A DNA stretch of 32,000 bases from Candidatus Thorarchaeota archaeon. Its GTDB lineage: Archaea > Asgardarchaeota > Heimdallarchaeia > Hodarchaeales > Hodarchaeaceae. Every line of letters starts with the position of its first letter. Position 1 is the stretch's first letter. The notes beneath the pieces are model-generated. The model worked only from the letters and a program-made list of their open reading frames with translations, made no database searches and was not told the DNA's origin. Positions 8,389-18,302 of the stretch are shown piece after piece. The stretch covers positions 32,533 through 64,532 of the forward strand of contig JBHLRO010000020.1 of the NCBI GenBank assembly GCA_048882505.1, written 5' to 3'. A program made the position numbers and the translations under genes.

Positions 8389-11300
8389 GTGATCATCCTC
8401 TTAATTGGATCCTCCGTTTTTATCAATTTAATTCTGCTTAATAATCCGTTCGGTGAAAATAGTCTCGTATCTACGGGTACTGAAGGTGAAATGACGACTC
8501 CCCTTCTAGCTCCCATACCCCCTGCCAATAATCCGAGTTCCGGATTGAATCCGTCCGACTCACCTATTACATATGAAGAATCAGGAAGTCGATTCGATAA
8601 TAAACCACTCCAACCTACAAAAAGCCCAACAACAACAGTATTGGAGGATGGAAGTATTATCCAATCGTTAAAGTCCATTTCCGAGGAATCGGGACTTTCT
8701 ATTTCGACAGAAGATGGAGTTAAGTTGATTAAAGTCACGGATGGCAAGCTGCGGGTGACAGTTGGATTCCATCTGTTTTATGAATTCAGCCAAAGCAGTT
8801 ATGACTCCCATTTAGCCAATACGAACGCAGAATTCATACGAGAATTAAAAGAGCTGAATGGGATCGTTGTAGAAGTTCCGATTTCGTCTTTAGCCATGTT
8901 TCAAGAGTATTGGCAAAACTTAGCTCCCGTTAGATATACCGAGGTCGCTCAAATAACCTCGATTTCTGCCATTAGCACAGATCCCGATTGGAGTCTCCAG
9001 TATGGGCCCCAGATTATCCAAGCGGATTTGGCCTGGGACATTCAGATAGGGGATCCCGCTTCGATTTTGGTTGCAGTCATTGACACTGGCATTGATTATA
9101 ACCATCCCGACCTAGTAGATCAGTACGTCGCTGGGGGATATGACTATGTCAATGACGACACCGACCCTATGGATGATCACTCACATGGGACCCATTGTGC
9201 CGGCATTATTACTGCAACCATCAATAATAGTGTGGGCATCGCAGGAGTCGCCAATGTTTCCATTATGGGGTATAAAGTTTTCAACTCTCTAGGGTATGGG
9301 TATGATTATGACGCGGCCAGTGCCATCATTAACGCGACAGATGCTGGGGCAACCGTGCTCTCAAACAGCTATGGGTTCCCCACCACCAGTACTGCCCTAG
9401 AGGATGCCGTAGCGTATGCGGCAGCCAATGATGTGGTTGTCGTCGTGTCAGCTGGAAATAGCGGCGCACCAGTCTCATCCTATCCTGCATTATATCCTGA
9501 AACAATTGCAGTTAGTGCTACCGACGATACCGACACACCAGCCTCATTCACCAGTTACGGGCCTGCCGTTGATGTGGCCGCTCCAGGAGTCACGATTTGG
9601 TCTACCGTGCCCGTTTCAATGGGAAGTTATGGTTATAAAAGTGGAACATCCATGGCCGGTCCCCATGTGGCTGCAGTGAGTGCCTTGATCCGTGCCGAAT
9701 TTCCTGGCTATTCTGCAGATCAGGTACGCCAGCATCTACGCAATACAGCTGACGATCTAGGGCCGGTCGGGTGGGATGATTATTATGGGTATGGCCGGAT
9801 TAATGCCTATAAGGCAGTGCAGCCTCCTCCCGACCATGAACTTGTCACCTACCTGCTAGGAGCTCCAATGAACCAACTCCCAGGTGAGTCTATCAACTTA
9901 ACCGTGATTGTTTTTAACTTTGGACAGAATTTGGAGAGCAATGTTGAACTCCAGCTGTGGATAGATAACGCTTCAGTCAAGACTCAAACTTTCACATCAT
10001 TAACGTTTGGAGACAACGGAACTTTCAAACATACGTGGACGCCAATCGCTGAGGGAGTTCACAACATCACAGCCTACACACTCCCCGTGTTAGGTGAGAC
10101 CTTTCTGGCCAATAATCGCGTCACCAAAATGGTCGACGTAAGCTTTCCGATTATTACGTACAACCTAGGTGATTACATTCATCTAGATGAGGTCGGTGTG
10201 GGGCTTTACGCCAATTTCACGTATGAATATGATATTGACCCGACCCATGTTCGTGTCGGTCTGGGAGACGGATACAGTTGGCTTTCTGTTAATACCTTGA
10301 ACCGTTTAATTGAAGGGGGGACTAAATCCAGCTGGGACGGAACAAACTATATGGGCCAAATTGAAACGGATATCGGCCCAAATAGCACCATTGATTGGTT
10401 TTCAACGACTGGCAGTGTTAATGGAACCGCATTTTACGACTGGAATGGCATGATGTTGGAAGCCTGGAATGTCACGATCGCCTGGGGAGATACTTACGCC
10501 TATTATCACAAAGAAACAGGCATCTGGCTTTACTATAAGGAATGGACGGGCCTGGAAGTCCATATGGTGAATACCAGCATGATTGTATGGCAGCCGCCAG
10601 AACATGATCTCCAAACATCGTTGGAAACACCGGGATTACTACCTCCGGGAAATACCACTATCATCAATGCATCGGTATACAATGGCGGCGCGAGTAATGA
10701 AACAGATATTGAACTCCAGCTGTGGATTAATAACAACATGGTTGCTAATCAAATCTATCCCTCTCTTCTTTCGGGAACTGAGGAAACGTTTTCGTACCCC
10801 TGGACCCCTATGGCTGAAGGGTCATACAACATAACAACCTATGCGTTACCCGTGGTGAATGAATCCCGCGTATTTAATAATCGGCAAACTCGTATAATGC
10901 AAGTCCAAATCCCTGGTCAGTATCTGATTTTGCAGGATGCTTATCCGTGGAACTATAATTGGACAGTTATCCTCGAATCAAATGGTATTGCTTTTAATGT
11001 ACTTGAGTCCCAATTCTTTGGGTCAACCAATCTATCCTTCTATCAACGAGTCATTATCCCTTCAGACCAGCCGCAAAGCTATTATGATGCATTATCTCTA
11101 CATTTGGGGTGGCTTGAGGCCTATTCGCAGGCTGGGGGCATTGTAGAGATACATGCGGCCGATCGGGGTTCTAATTCTGGTACATGGAGCGGTACCCTCC
11201 CCTTAGGCATTATTTATCATTATTCCATCCAGAATATCATAGATGTGGAAGATCCCAGTAACCCGATTTTCTTTTCTCCCAATATAATCACCGATGACGA

Positions 11301-14187
11301 ACTGGATTACTGGGGCGTATCTGCACATGGCTATTTATCGAATACTGGCGGAGCCAATGTCATTCTCTCGGGCGCAGGATTACCCATTCTTATTGAAACC
11401 ACGCATGGACAGGGCTATTACCTGATTAGTTGTCAAACATTAGAACGGGCGTACAACTGGGGATATAGTATGATCTTGGAGAACATTTTGCTCTATAATC
11501 CCACACCTGCGCATGAGCTTGGTACGGTGTTAACGACTCCCTCTCTACTTCCAAACGGGACGTCTATGCTAATAAATTTCTCAGTAATTAATCGAGGAAT
11601 TAATGATGAATTCAATGTGGAGCTCCAATTGTGGATCAACAAGACCCAAGTGGTCAATCAAATTTATCCCACTTTAGCCAGCGGGGCATCTGAAACATTA
11701 AATTATCTCTGGACTCCCTCTAAGATCGGGATATATAATGTCACGGCCTATGCCGCTCCGGTTACAAATGAAAATCTCGTTCTTAACAATTACGTGGAAG
11801 AGCTGGTGACGGTCAAGGTTCTAGTCAATTATCAGATGTTTGAAATTCACTATAAATGGTTCGATGCCTATACCAACGGCTATAATTTGAATCTCACTGG
11901 AGATGATGTATCCGAAGCTGTAAATATCCCGTTTACGTTTTTTTATTACGACGCTAACTTTACTACCATCTATATCAGTTCAAATGGCTGGCTATCTTTT
12001 GTTGATTCTACCCCTTGGGATAATATAAATCCGTCATTCCCCAATAGCGCCTACCCCTACGTAATTGCTCCCTTTTGGGAGGATTTAGAGGCCAAAAACA
12101 ACACGTACGTCTGGAATACATCAACCTTTCTTGTTATTGAATATCACAATTATACCTATTTGGGAGGAACGGAAGTAGGGACCTTCGAAGTAGTTCTTTT
12201 TGCGAATGGAACGATTTACTTCCAGTTTCAATCCATTAATTTGGATTCTGGGGCAACGGTTGGCCTTAATTATGGCTATGAACCGACCTATTACACAACC
12301 TATCCTACCGCGCTTACTGGGGTTTTTGAGCTGGCCTTACTCTTTACGGGCGGCACTTATGAACGTCATGATTTAAATGCAACAGTGGAAGCGCCCAGTG
12401 CAATCATATATAATGAAACAATGGTTATCCAAATCAACGTCACTGTAATCAATGTAGGATCTTATAACGAGACGGATGTGGAGCTTCAACTGTGGATCGA
12501 AGATAACATGGTTCTAAATCAAGTTTTTCCGAGTCTTCTAGTTCAGACAGAACAATCCATAACGTACACCTGGACCCCAAGTGTACGGGGCACCTACAAC
12601 ATCACTGTGTATGTCATCCCCGTCACGAATGAATCCTTTACTAAGAACAATCAGCTCACCCAACTAGTTATCATTGGTGACCCAAGTATCGATTTCGCAT
12701 TAGGTGATTATATCTTGTGGAATTTTGACCTTGGAGGTGGAATCTATCCCTGGGCAAACTTTACGTACGATCATATGATTGATCCAGTCCATGTTTATGT
12801 GAATGCTTCCATATTACTAGCAAATGCTACTGAATGGTTTTCGGTGAATATCGTCACCCGCTTGATTGAAGATGGATCGATCTGGGTCGGGAGTTACTAT
12901 ATGGGTCAGATTGAAACGGATATTAACATTAGTGATCCGATTAACTGGCTAGATTCGACTGGGATTGTAGAGGGCACCGTCTGGTATGAATGGAATGGCG
13001 CCCAGGTCGAAGCCTGGCGGATTAACCTTGATGATCTTTTGCCAGGTACCTACTGTTATTATCATAAAGCAACGGGTGTCTGGTTATATATGTGGGATCC
13101 CCAGCTACCCTCTGAAATATTCATTGTAGATACATCCTTGATCGTTCCTCTTCCCCCCACGGTGTTGGTGACGTACCCCAATGGTGGCGAACTAGTGAAG
13201 GGTACCATAACAATTACCTGGATTGCTAACGATCCCGATAATGGAAGCTTAACCTTCAGTGTCTATTACTGGAATGGAACTGCGTGGATTGCATTGGCTA
13301 GCAGTATAACCACGACATTCTTCAACTGGAATACCAGCTCTCTTATAGACGGCGACTTCTACAAAATTCGAGTGATCGTGCACGATGGCAAGTTCCAGAG
13401 TGAGGATGACTCGAATACTCCATTCATGATTGACAATGCCGCTGACCCTCCGACCATCCAGCTTACTTATCCCAATGGTGGGGAAACCCTGAGTGGAACC
13501 GTCACAATCACCTGGAGTGCCAGTGATCCGAATGGGGATGAATTGGTCTATATCCTCTACTATTGGAATGGGAATCGCTGGGTTCTAATAAAAACGGGGA
13601 TAACGACCAGTAGCTACGACTGGGATACGACCTCAAGGCCCAATGGAACCTTCTATCGGATAAAAGTGATGACATCGGATAGTCTGTTCACAGTGGAAGA
13701 CGAGTCAGATGCGCCATTCAGACTAGAAAACCCCCATGCCCCTCTTATTGCCGTAACATCACCAAACGGCGGCGAAACCGTGAGTGGGACCGTTACAATC
13801 ACGTGGACTGCCAGTGACCAAGATGCGAACCCCCTGACATTTGAGCTGTATTATTGGGATGGAGCCACCTGGAAGGAAATAACATCTGGGATATCCACAA
13901 CCACCTACGTCTGGGACACTACTAATGTGCTGGATGGTGATTTCTATCAAATCAAGGTCATTGTGAGCGATGGGGCCTTGGAAAACGAAGACATCTCAGA
14001 TGGAAGTTTCACCATAGATAATGATGGACAAGTAATCACGAATCCTTCGACTCCGACAACTCCTTCAACTTCGGCATCTCCTTCATCAACTACTACAACC
14101 ACCTCGACATCAGGGTTTGAGCCGTTTCTTATACTAATCGCTCTTCTGTCTCTTGAAATGATTTCAATTGCCAGGAGAAAAGAGTGA
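8389..14187 (+). CDS. Large cell-surface S8 (subtilisin-like) serine protease with CARDB, NIDO-like and Ig-like domains and a C-terminal membrane anchor
   Basis: Catalytic triad VIDTGID / HSHGTHCAG / GTSMAGPHV, I9-like propeptide, four CARDB-like repeats (ELQLW...WTP...NIT), three PNGGE..SGTVTITW Ig repeats, Ser/Thr linker and SGFE-TM-RRKE tail. Confidence 0.96.
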   Translation: MIILLIGSSVFINLILLNNPFGENSLVSTGTEGEMTTPLLAPIPPANNPSSGLNPSDSPITYEESGSRFDNKPLQPTKSPTTTVLEDGSIIQSLKSISEESGLSISTEDGVKLIKVTDGKLRVTVGFHLFYEFSQSSYDSHLANTNAEFIRELKELNGIVVEVPISSLAMFQEYWQNLAPVRYTEVAQITSISAISTDPDWSLQYGPQIIQADLAWDIQIGDPASILVAVIDTGIDYNHPDLVDQYVAGGYDYVNDDTDPMDDHSHGTHCAGIITATINNSVGIAGVANVSIMGYKVFNSLGYGYDYDAASAIINATDAGATVLSNSYGFPTTSTALEDAVAYAAANDVVVVVSAGNSGAPVSSYPALYPETIAVSATDDTDTPASFTSYGPAVDVAAPGVTIWSTVPVSMGSYGYKSGTSMAGPHVAAVSALIRAEFPGYSADQVRQHLRNTADDLGPVGWDDYYGYGRINAYKAVQPPPDHELVTYLLGAPMNQLPGESINLTVIVFNFGQNLESNVELQLWIDNASVKTQTFTSLTFGDNGTFKHTWTPIAEGVHNITAYTLPVLGETFLANNRVTKMVDVSFPIITYNLGDYIHLDEVGVGLYANFTYEYDIDPTHVRVGLGDGYSWLSVNTLNRLIEGGTKSSWDGTNYMGQIETDIGPNSTIDWFSTTGSVNGTAFYDWNGMMLEAWNVTIAWGDTYAYYHKETGIWLYYKEWTGLEVHMVNTSMIVWQPPEHDLQTSLETPGLLPPGNTTIINASVYNGGASNETDIELQLWINNNMVANQIYPSLLSGTEETFSYPWTPMAEGSYNITTYALPVVNESRVFNNRQTRIMQVQIPGQYLILQDAYPWNYNWTVILESNGIAFNVLESQFFGSTNLSFYQRVIIPSDQPQSYYDALSLHLGWLEAYSQAGGIVEIHAADRGSNSGTWSGTLPLGIIYHYSIQNIIDVEDPSNPIFFSPNIITDDELDYWGVSAHGYLSNTGGANVILSGAGLPILIETTHGQGYYLISCQTLERAYNWGYSMILENILLYNPTPAHELGTVLTTPSLLPNGTSMLINFSVINRGINDEFNVELQLWINKTQVVNQIYPTLASGASETLNYLWTPSKIGIYNVTAYAAPVTNENLVLNNYVEELVTVKVLVNYQMFEIHYKWFDAYTNGYNLNLTGDDVSEAVNIPFTFFYYDANFTTIYISSNGWLSFVDSTPWDNINPSFPNSAYPYVIAPFWEDLEAKNNTYVWNTSTFLVIEYHNYTYLGGTEVGTFEVVLFANGTIYFQFQSINLDSGATVGLNYGYEPTYYTTYPTALTGVFELALLFTGGTYERHDLNATVEAPSAIIYNETMVIQINVTVINVGSYNETDVELQLWIEDNMVLNQVFPSLLVQTEQSITYTWTPSVRGTYNITVYVIPVTNESFTKNNQLTQLVIIGDPSIDFALGDYILWNFDLGGGIYPWANFTYDHMIDPVHVYVNASILLANATEWFSVNIVTRLIEDGSIWVGSYYMGQIETDINISDPINWLDSTGIVEGTVWYEWNGAQVEAWRINLDDLLPGTYCYYHKATGVWLYMWDPQLPSEIFIVDTSLIVPLPPTVLVTYPNGGELVKGTITITWIANDPDNGSLTFSVYYWNGTAWIALASSITTTFFNWNTSSLIDGDFYKIRVIVHDGKFQSEDDSNTPFMIDNAADPPTIQLTYPNGGETLSGTVTITWSASDPNGDELVYILYYWNGNRWVLIKTGITTSSYDWDTTSRPNGTFYRIKVMTSDSLFTVEDESDAPFRLENPHAPLIAVTSPNGGETVSGTVTITWTASDQDANPLTFELYYWDGATWKEITSGISTTTYVWDTTNVLDGDFYQIKVIVSDGALENEDISDGSFTIDNDGQVITNPSTPTTPSTSASPSSTTTTTSTSGFEPFLILIALLSLEMISIARRKE
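9835..12675 (+). repeat. Four dispersed ~105-aa CARDB-like repeats inside the S8 protease (approx. 9835-10140, 10603-10905, 11512-11814, 12367-12675)
   Basis: Each unit begins H(E/D)L and contains VELQLWI/IELQLWI, WTP, (H/Y)N(I/V)T and NN; DNA similarity is still visible around GA(A/G)CT.CA..TGTGGAT. Confidence 0.88.
13153..14022 (+). repeat. Three tandem ~95-aa Ig-like repeats inside the S8 protease
   Basis: P-NGGE-x2-(S/K)GT(I/V)TITW-x-A-x-D, YYW(N/D)G-x2-W, W(N/D)T(S/T) and Y-x-I-(R/K)-V recur three times. Confidence 0.9.
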
Positions 14188-14571
14188 ATATCTCTTCTGC
14201 CGCTAAACACGAATTCAGGAGATAAAATCGGGGGACATGCATGGTAGAGGAGGATAATATCTAAAGGAATAGGGAAAATGTCAGACGTTAGTACTCGATA
14301 TTCCATCTAATCATGCCACCTGGGCCGTTAGCAATTTCACATTAGGGACAGCTCGAAGCTGTTTTTCATGGTGTGTTTGTCATACATGCGAGGGGACGTT
14401 TATGCCATCTGAAGGCCGAATGTGGATGGCTTTTGATCCTGGCATTAGAGTATACTTGATAGTACCTAAGTCCTAGCGGTCTAATCGTAGATCAGAGGGC
14501 AAAATAAAAAGGGACTATTTACGGAATGATCAGATGATTTGTTTTCTTGAAAAAGGAAGAGTTGGTAGTTT

Positions 14572-14958
14572 ATGGGTGATTTAAACAAAGACGATGATTA
14601 TATTCACAGATTAGGCAAACTGGTGCCTGTTTATGTGGTTGCATTCGTTGCTAGCATTGAGGGATTCTTAACAGTCCTGACTGATGTATTATTTCAAATC
14701 GCAGGACTAGGTCTGGTAAGCCTCATCGCAGTTGCTGCAGTATACATTATGGAGTTCAGAAACCAAAACTTGACCATACAAAATCAAAAAATCGTATTAG
14801 TTATCTCTACACTCATCTATCTAGGTTTACTTTGGCAAAAAACCTTACTTCCCCTTGACATTCAATTTAATGCGTTGGTTGCCATAGCTATAATGGGTTA
14901 CACTCTTTTGGTTCCTATGGCAATGAGGGAAGGCACTGTAAAAGAAAACACTGGATAA
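14572..14958 (+). CDS. Small 4-TM hypothetical membrane protein
   Basis: Four hydrophobic segments after DDDYIHRLGKLVP; clean ORF in an otherwise empty interval. Confidence 0.75.
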   Translation: MGDLNKDDDYIHRLGKLVPVYVVAFVASIEGFLTVLTDVLFQIAGLGLVSLIAVAAVYIMEFRNQNLTIQNQKIVLVISTLIYLGLLWQKTLLPLDIQFNALVAIAIMGYTLLVPMAMREGTVKENTG

Positions 14959-15208
14959 AATCGGGCCGCTTAGGTATACTGCGGGGGTACACAATCCGCT
15001 CCCCCAGATTTTTTGAGTTACGTGCCTCTAATCTAACCATAACTAACGAATTTGCTCACGAAATTATCTTCGTGGATTATGGCAATAACTATGAACCTGT
15101 GTTTCGTGAGAAGAATAACGAAAAAGTATATTAGGGGAGGAAGTATGTAAACCTGGAAATTTTCCGCAGTTATATTCATTAGGAAAAGGGTACCGAGGTT
15201 TCCAAATC

Positions 15209-16888
15209 ATGGTAAAAAAAGCGTTCATCTTGACATTAGGGCTGATTTTTTGTTTTTTCTTGGTAACTGACGCTTCTGGGGACGAGCTTGAAGTTGATTC
15301 CCAGATATGGACTTGGACAACAACCAGCGTTATTTCAGATACGAGTGACTGGAGTTCTCAATGGGCAGATATTAAGGCTGATCTTCAAGGAAATCTCCAT
15401 GTGGTTTGGAATGATGCTGATGCACCGTTTCCTACCGTTACCCAGGATGTGGTATATCAAAGATGGGATGTGAACACAGGATCTTGGGGTGAAATCGAGT
15501 TGATTTCGCCATTAGAAAATTCTAGTTCCATAACCCCACGCTTGGATATAGATTCTGATGGCAATGTCCATGTGGTCTGGAGTGAATCGTTTACCTTCTT
15601 CAAAGATCAATATGATAGGGACACATGCTATTCTATTAGAAATGCATCTACAGGTGCCTGGACGGGGGTAAGAATGGTTTCGGGAGAAAGTACGGACACA
15701 TCCTCACCTCCCGTAATTGATGTAAACGATAATGGAATTGTAGGCATCGCGTGGGCAGACCCGACTGATTATGATGGAGCCGGATCAGATTATGATATCT
15801 TTATGAAGTATTACAATGTGACTGCAAACCGATGGAGCAGCTTAGAGGTGGTTTCGGAATCCGCCTATAAATCTACATCGCCTGATATCTCGGTAAATCC
15901 CGATGGTGATATTCAAATTGTGTGGATGGAAGAGAATGTGGGTACATCCTCCGATATAGCCTATAGATACTTTGATAGTGAAAGTCAATCTTGGAGTGCG
16001 CAGATCGATCTAACCACTGAAGTAACCGCTAGTGAGGCGGAGTTTCCCTCCATCATCACGGAATCCCAATATACTCATGTGGTGTGGAACGACGGATACG
16101 ATGATCTCTTGAATTCTGGGGCCGATCGCGATTTGTATTACAAACGGTTGGACAAATCCTTGGGCACCTGGACTGATCTGGTACTCCTGACTTCCGAATG
16201 CAGTGGCCATTCAGATGATCCGCAGCTGGCCTTAGATGCCTTCGGAAACCTTTACGTGGTATGGGATGACAGTACCAATATTGGGGGGACAACGGGGAAT
16301 GACGTCGATATCCTGCTGAAATTTTGGAACAAATCGACCGATAGTTGGAATCCCATCAATGTAGTATCAACGGAAAGTGGCAGGAATAGTGATCAAGCGA
16401 AGGTTTGTGTAGATCTCTTCAATTTTGTCCATGTGGTCTGGACGGACCTCAGTGATTTTGGGGGAGCCGACCTCGATGAAGATATTTTTTACAAAAAGTT
16501 TACAGGTTTACCTTATCCACCAGTCTTGTCTTCGATCAGTCCAAATCCTGACACTGATGGCACCGTAAAATTACAATGGAGTCCCTCATTTGGGGGCCAC
16601 GAATATTCCATCTATCGCGATTCAGAGGAGATAAGCTCAGTATCGGGGACAACACCCCTCCACACGACCGTTGAAACTAGTTATACTGACGCGATTAATA
16701 CGAGCGGTCTTTATTATTATACGATTACAGCCAATAATCCAGTTGGGGAGAGTCCATTATCTAATGTTGAATCAGTGATCATAGATCTGCCTACAACGTC
16801 AGGACCCACTGGCGTGAGTTTTACAATAGTTTTCATGAGTCTTGTTGGAATTGCAGCTGTATTCGAAACCAAACGGAAGCATCCCTAA
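15209..16888 (+). CDS. Cell-surface protein: signal peptide, 7-bladed beta-propeller (BNR/sialidase-like repeats), FN3 domain and C-terminal TM anchor
   Basis: Seven repeats of about W-x-x-x-x-(L/V)-(I/V/T)-S...P-x-I-x-x-D-x-x-G-x-x-H-V-V-W-x-D...D-I-x-Y; FN3-like PPVL...LQWS...YSIYR...YYYTITA.N..GES; tail FTIVFMSLVGIAAVF-ETKRK. Confidence 0.9.
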   Translation: MVKKAFILTLGLIFCFFLVTDASGDELEVDSQIWTWTTTSVISDTSDWSSQWADIKADLQGNLHVVWNDADAPFPTVTQDVVYQRWDVNTGSWGEIELISPLENSSSITPRLDIDSDGNVHVVWSESFTFFKDQYDRDTCYSIRNASTGAWTGVRMVSGESTDTSSPPVIDVNDNGIVGIAWADPTDYDGAGSDYDIFMKYYNVTANRWSSLEVVSESAYKSTSPDISVNPDGDIQIVWMEENVGTSSDIAYRYFDSESQSWSAQIDLTTEVTASEAEFPSIITESQYTHVVWNDGYDDLLNSGADRDLYYKRLDKSLGTWTDLVLLTSECSGHSDDPQLALDAFGNLYVVWDDSTNIGGTTGNDVDILLKFWNKSTDSWNPINVVSTESGRNSDQAKVCVDLFNFVHVVWTDLSDFGGADLDEDIFYKKFTGLPYPPVLSSISPNPDTDGTVKLQWSPSFGGHEYSIYRDSEEISSVSGTTPLHTTVETSYTDAINTSGLYYYTITANNPVGESPLSNVESVIIDLPTTSGPTGVSFTIVFMSLVGIAAVFETKRKHP

Positions 16889-16942
16889 GAGATGCTTTTG
16901 TAAATAACGCTACTATTACTGGGGATTATCGAGGCTTCGGAC

Positions 16943-17338
16943 ATGAAACTTGAACCCATGATTTATACCACTAATATCGAAAATTCTATACTGTTTTACC
17001 GGAACGTTTTGGGGTTTGAAATCGATGAATTCTATCCAGATAGGCAAAAACCGTCCTGGGTAGCCATTCGCATTGGAAATGATCGATTGGGTATTGGGAA
17101 GACCTTTACTGATATTAATCACAAGTTCCATCCAAGAGGAGTGGATGGTTCTGGAGTCCAATTTTATATTCGGGTCACAAATGTGGATCAGATCTATGAA
17201 AAACTACAAAACAAAGTAGAAATAATTGATGACATTGAGAACAAACCATGGGGAGACCGAGAATTTACATTCAAAGATCCGAACGGATATTTGATTTCCT
17301 TCTATTCAAAACAAAAACAGGAATCTAGGGATTTATGA
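16943..17338 (+). CDS. VOC family (glyoxalase/bleomycin resistance-like) protein
   Basis: SILFYRNVLGF, FYIRVTNVDQIY and KPWGDREFTFKDPNGYLISF motifs. Confidence 0.93.
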   Translation: MKLEPMIYTTNIENSILFYRNVLGFEIDEFYPDRQKPSWVAIRIGNDRLGIGKTFTDINHKFHPRGVDGSGVQFYIRVTNVDQIYEKLQNKVEIIDDIENKPWGDREFTFKDPNGYLISFYSKQKQESRDL

Positions 17339-17412
17339 TTGAGAAGTAATAGAATTCCAATCACCTAACGACTCGAACACATTTAGGATGTAATCGAAAA
17401 ATCTAGCTCAGA

Positions 17413-17916
17413 ATGGTGACAGAATCTATGAACAAGAGGCAAGTCAGCCGGTTCCTGACTAATAATCATGAAAAATTGAGAAAAACGATAAGTAGATTAG
17501 AAAGGCATCAAACTACTGAAGATATTATTTTAGGCAAATGGACACCAAAAGATATCATCGCGCATATTTCCGCCTGGAATTTTGAACTTAAAAAAGCCAT
17601 TGATGACCTGCTAAATGATGAAAAACCTTGGTTCATCAATGAAGAGGAGCTTACCGAATCAGTATTCAATGAAAGGGCAATTAAGCAAAGAAAAAACTGG
17701 CAGTTAGATCAAGTCCTAGAAGATTGGCAGATTTCATTTGACCAATTAATTCAACGGATACAAGAACTTGCAGATTCTGAATGGAACTATCAAACTCCGT
17801 TTGAATGGACCAAAGATATGCCAGTCACTGTAGACTCGTTGTTTGAGTATAAATATCGAGGGGAGGGACACGAAGGGGGTCATGCGAAGCAGATTGAGGA
17901 GTTTTATCAGCGCTAG
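17413..17916 (+). CDS. DinB superfamily four-helix bundle protein (ClbS/DfsB-like)
   Basis: GKWTPKDIIAHISAWN motif and C-terminal HEGGH putative metal ligands. Confidence 0.88.
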   Translation: MVTESMNKRQVSRFLTNNHEKLRKTISRLERHQTTEDIILGKWTPKDIIAHISAWNFELKKAIDDLLNDEKPWFINEEELTESVFNERAIKQRKNWQLDQVLEDWQISFDQLIQRIQELADSEWNYQTPFEWTKDMPVTVDSLFEYKYRGEGHEGGHAKQIEEFYQR

Positions 17917-18302
17917 ACGGTGAATCTTGGCAATATTAACATATCCTCACCCATATACCTATCAAACCTAGAATTAATTAAGTGGCGTGGCCAATCACAA
18001 GGATTAAGAAAATGGACGCAAGTAGGTGTAACTCGCATTCCTATCCCCTCGCTATTTATCAGCGTCAATGATTGTTACATTACGATAAAACTGGCACATG
18101 AAGAGAGAACTGAACATGATGAGCTGGCAGAAATTCACGGTTTGGTAACTCTTGGTATCTTGATAAGAGTCCGTTTAGATGACGCCAAGAATCCTTCGAT
18201 TTTAGATCCTACGGCTAACGGTTCATCGAGAAGAGTACGTGGAGAAGAAGCAGAATTACTGTCAGTTGTAAATAGTCAACAAGATGATTTTATAAACTCA
18301 GG

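Noticed and set aside
8253-8747. 164-aa minus-strand ORF, and similarly 13947-14306, 6484-6906, 742-948, 24250-24858, 25261-25575, 18608-18838 and other short track ORFs
   Set aside because: Antisense or alternate-frame shadows of well-supported genes, with no recognisable motifs.
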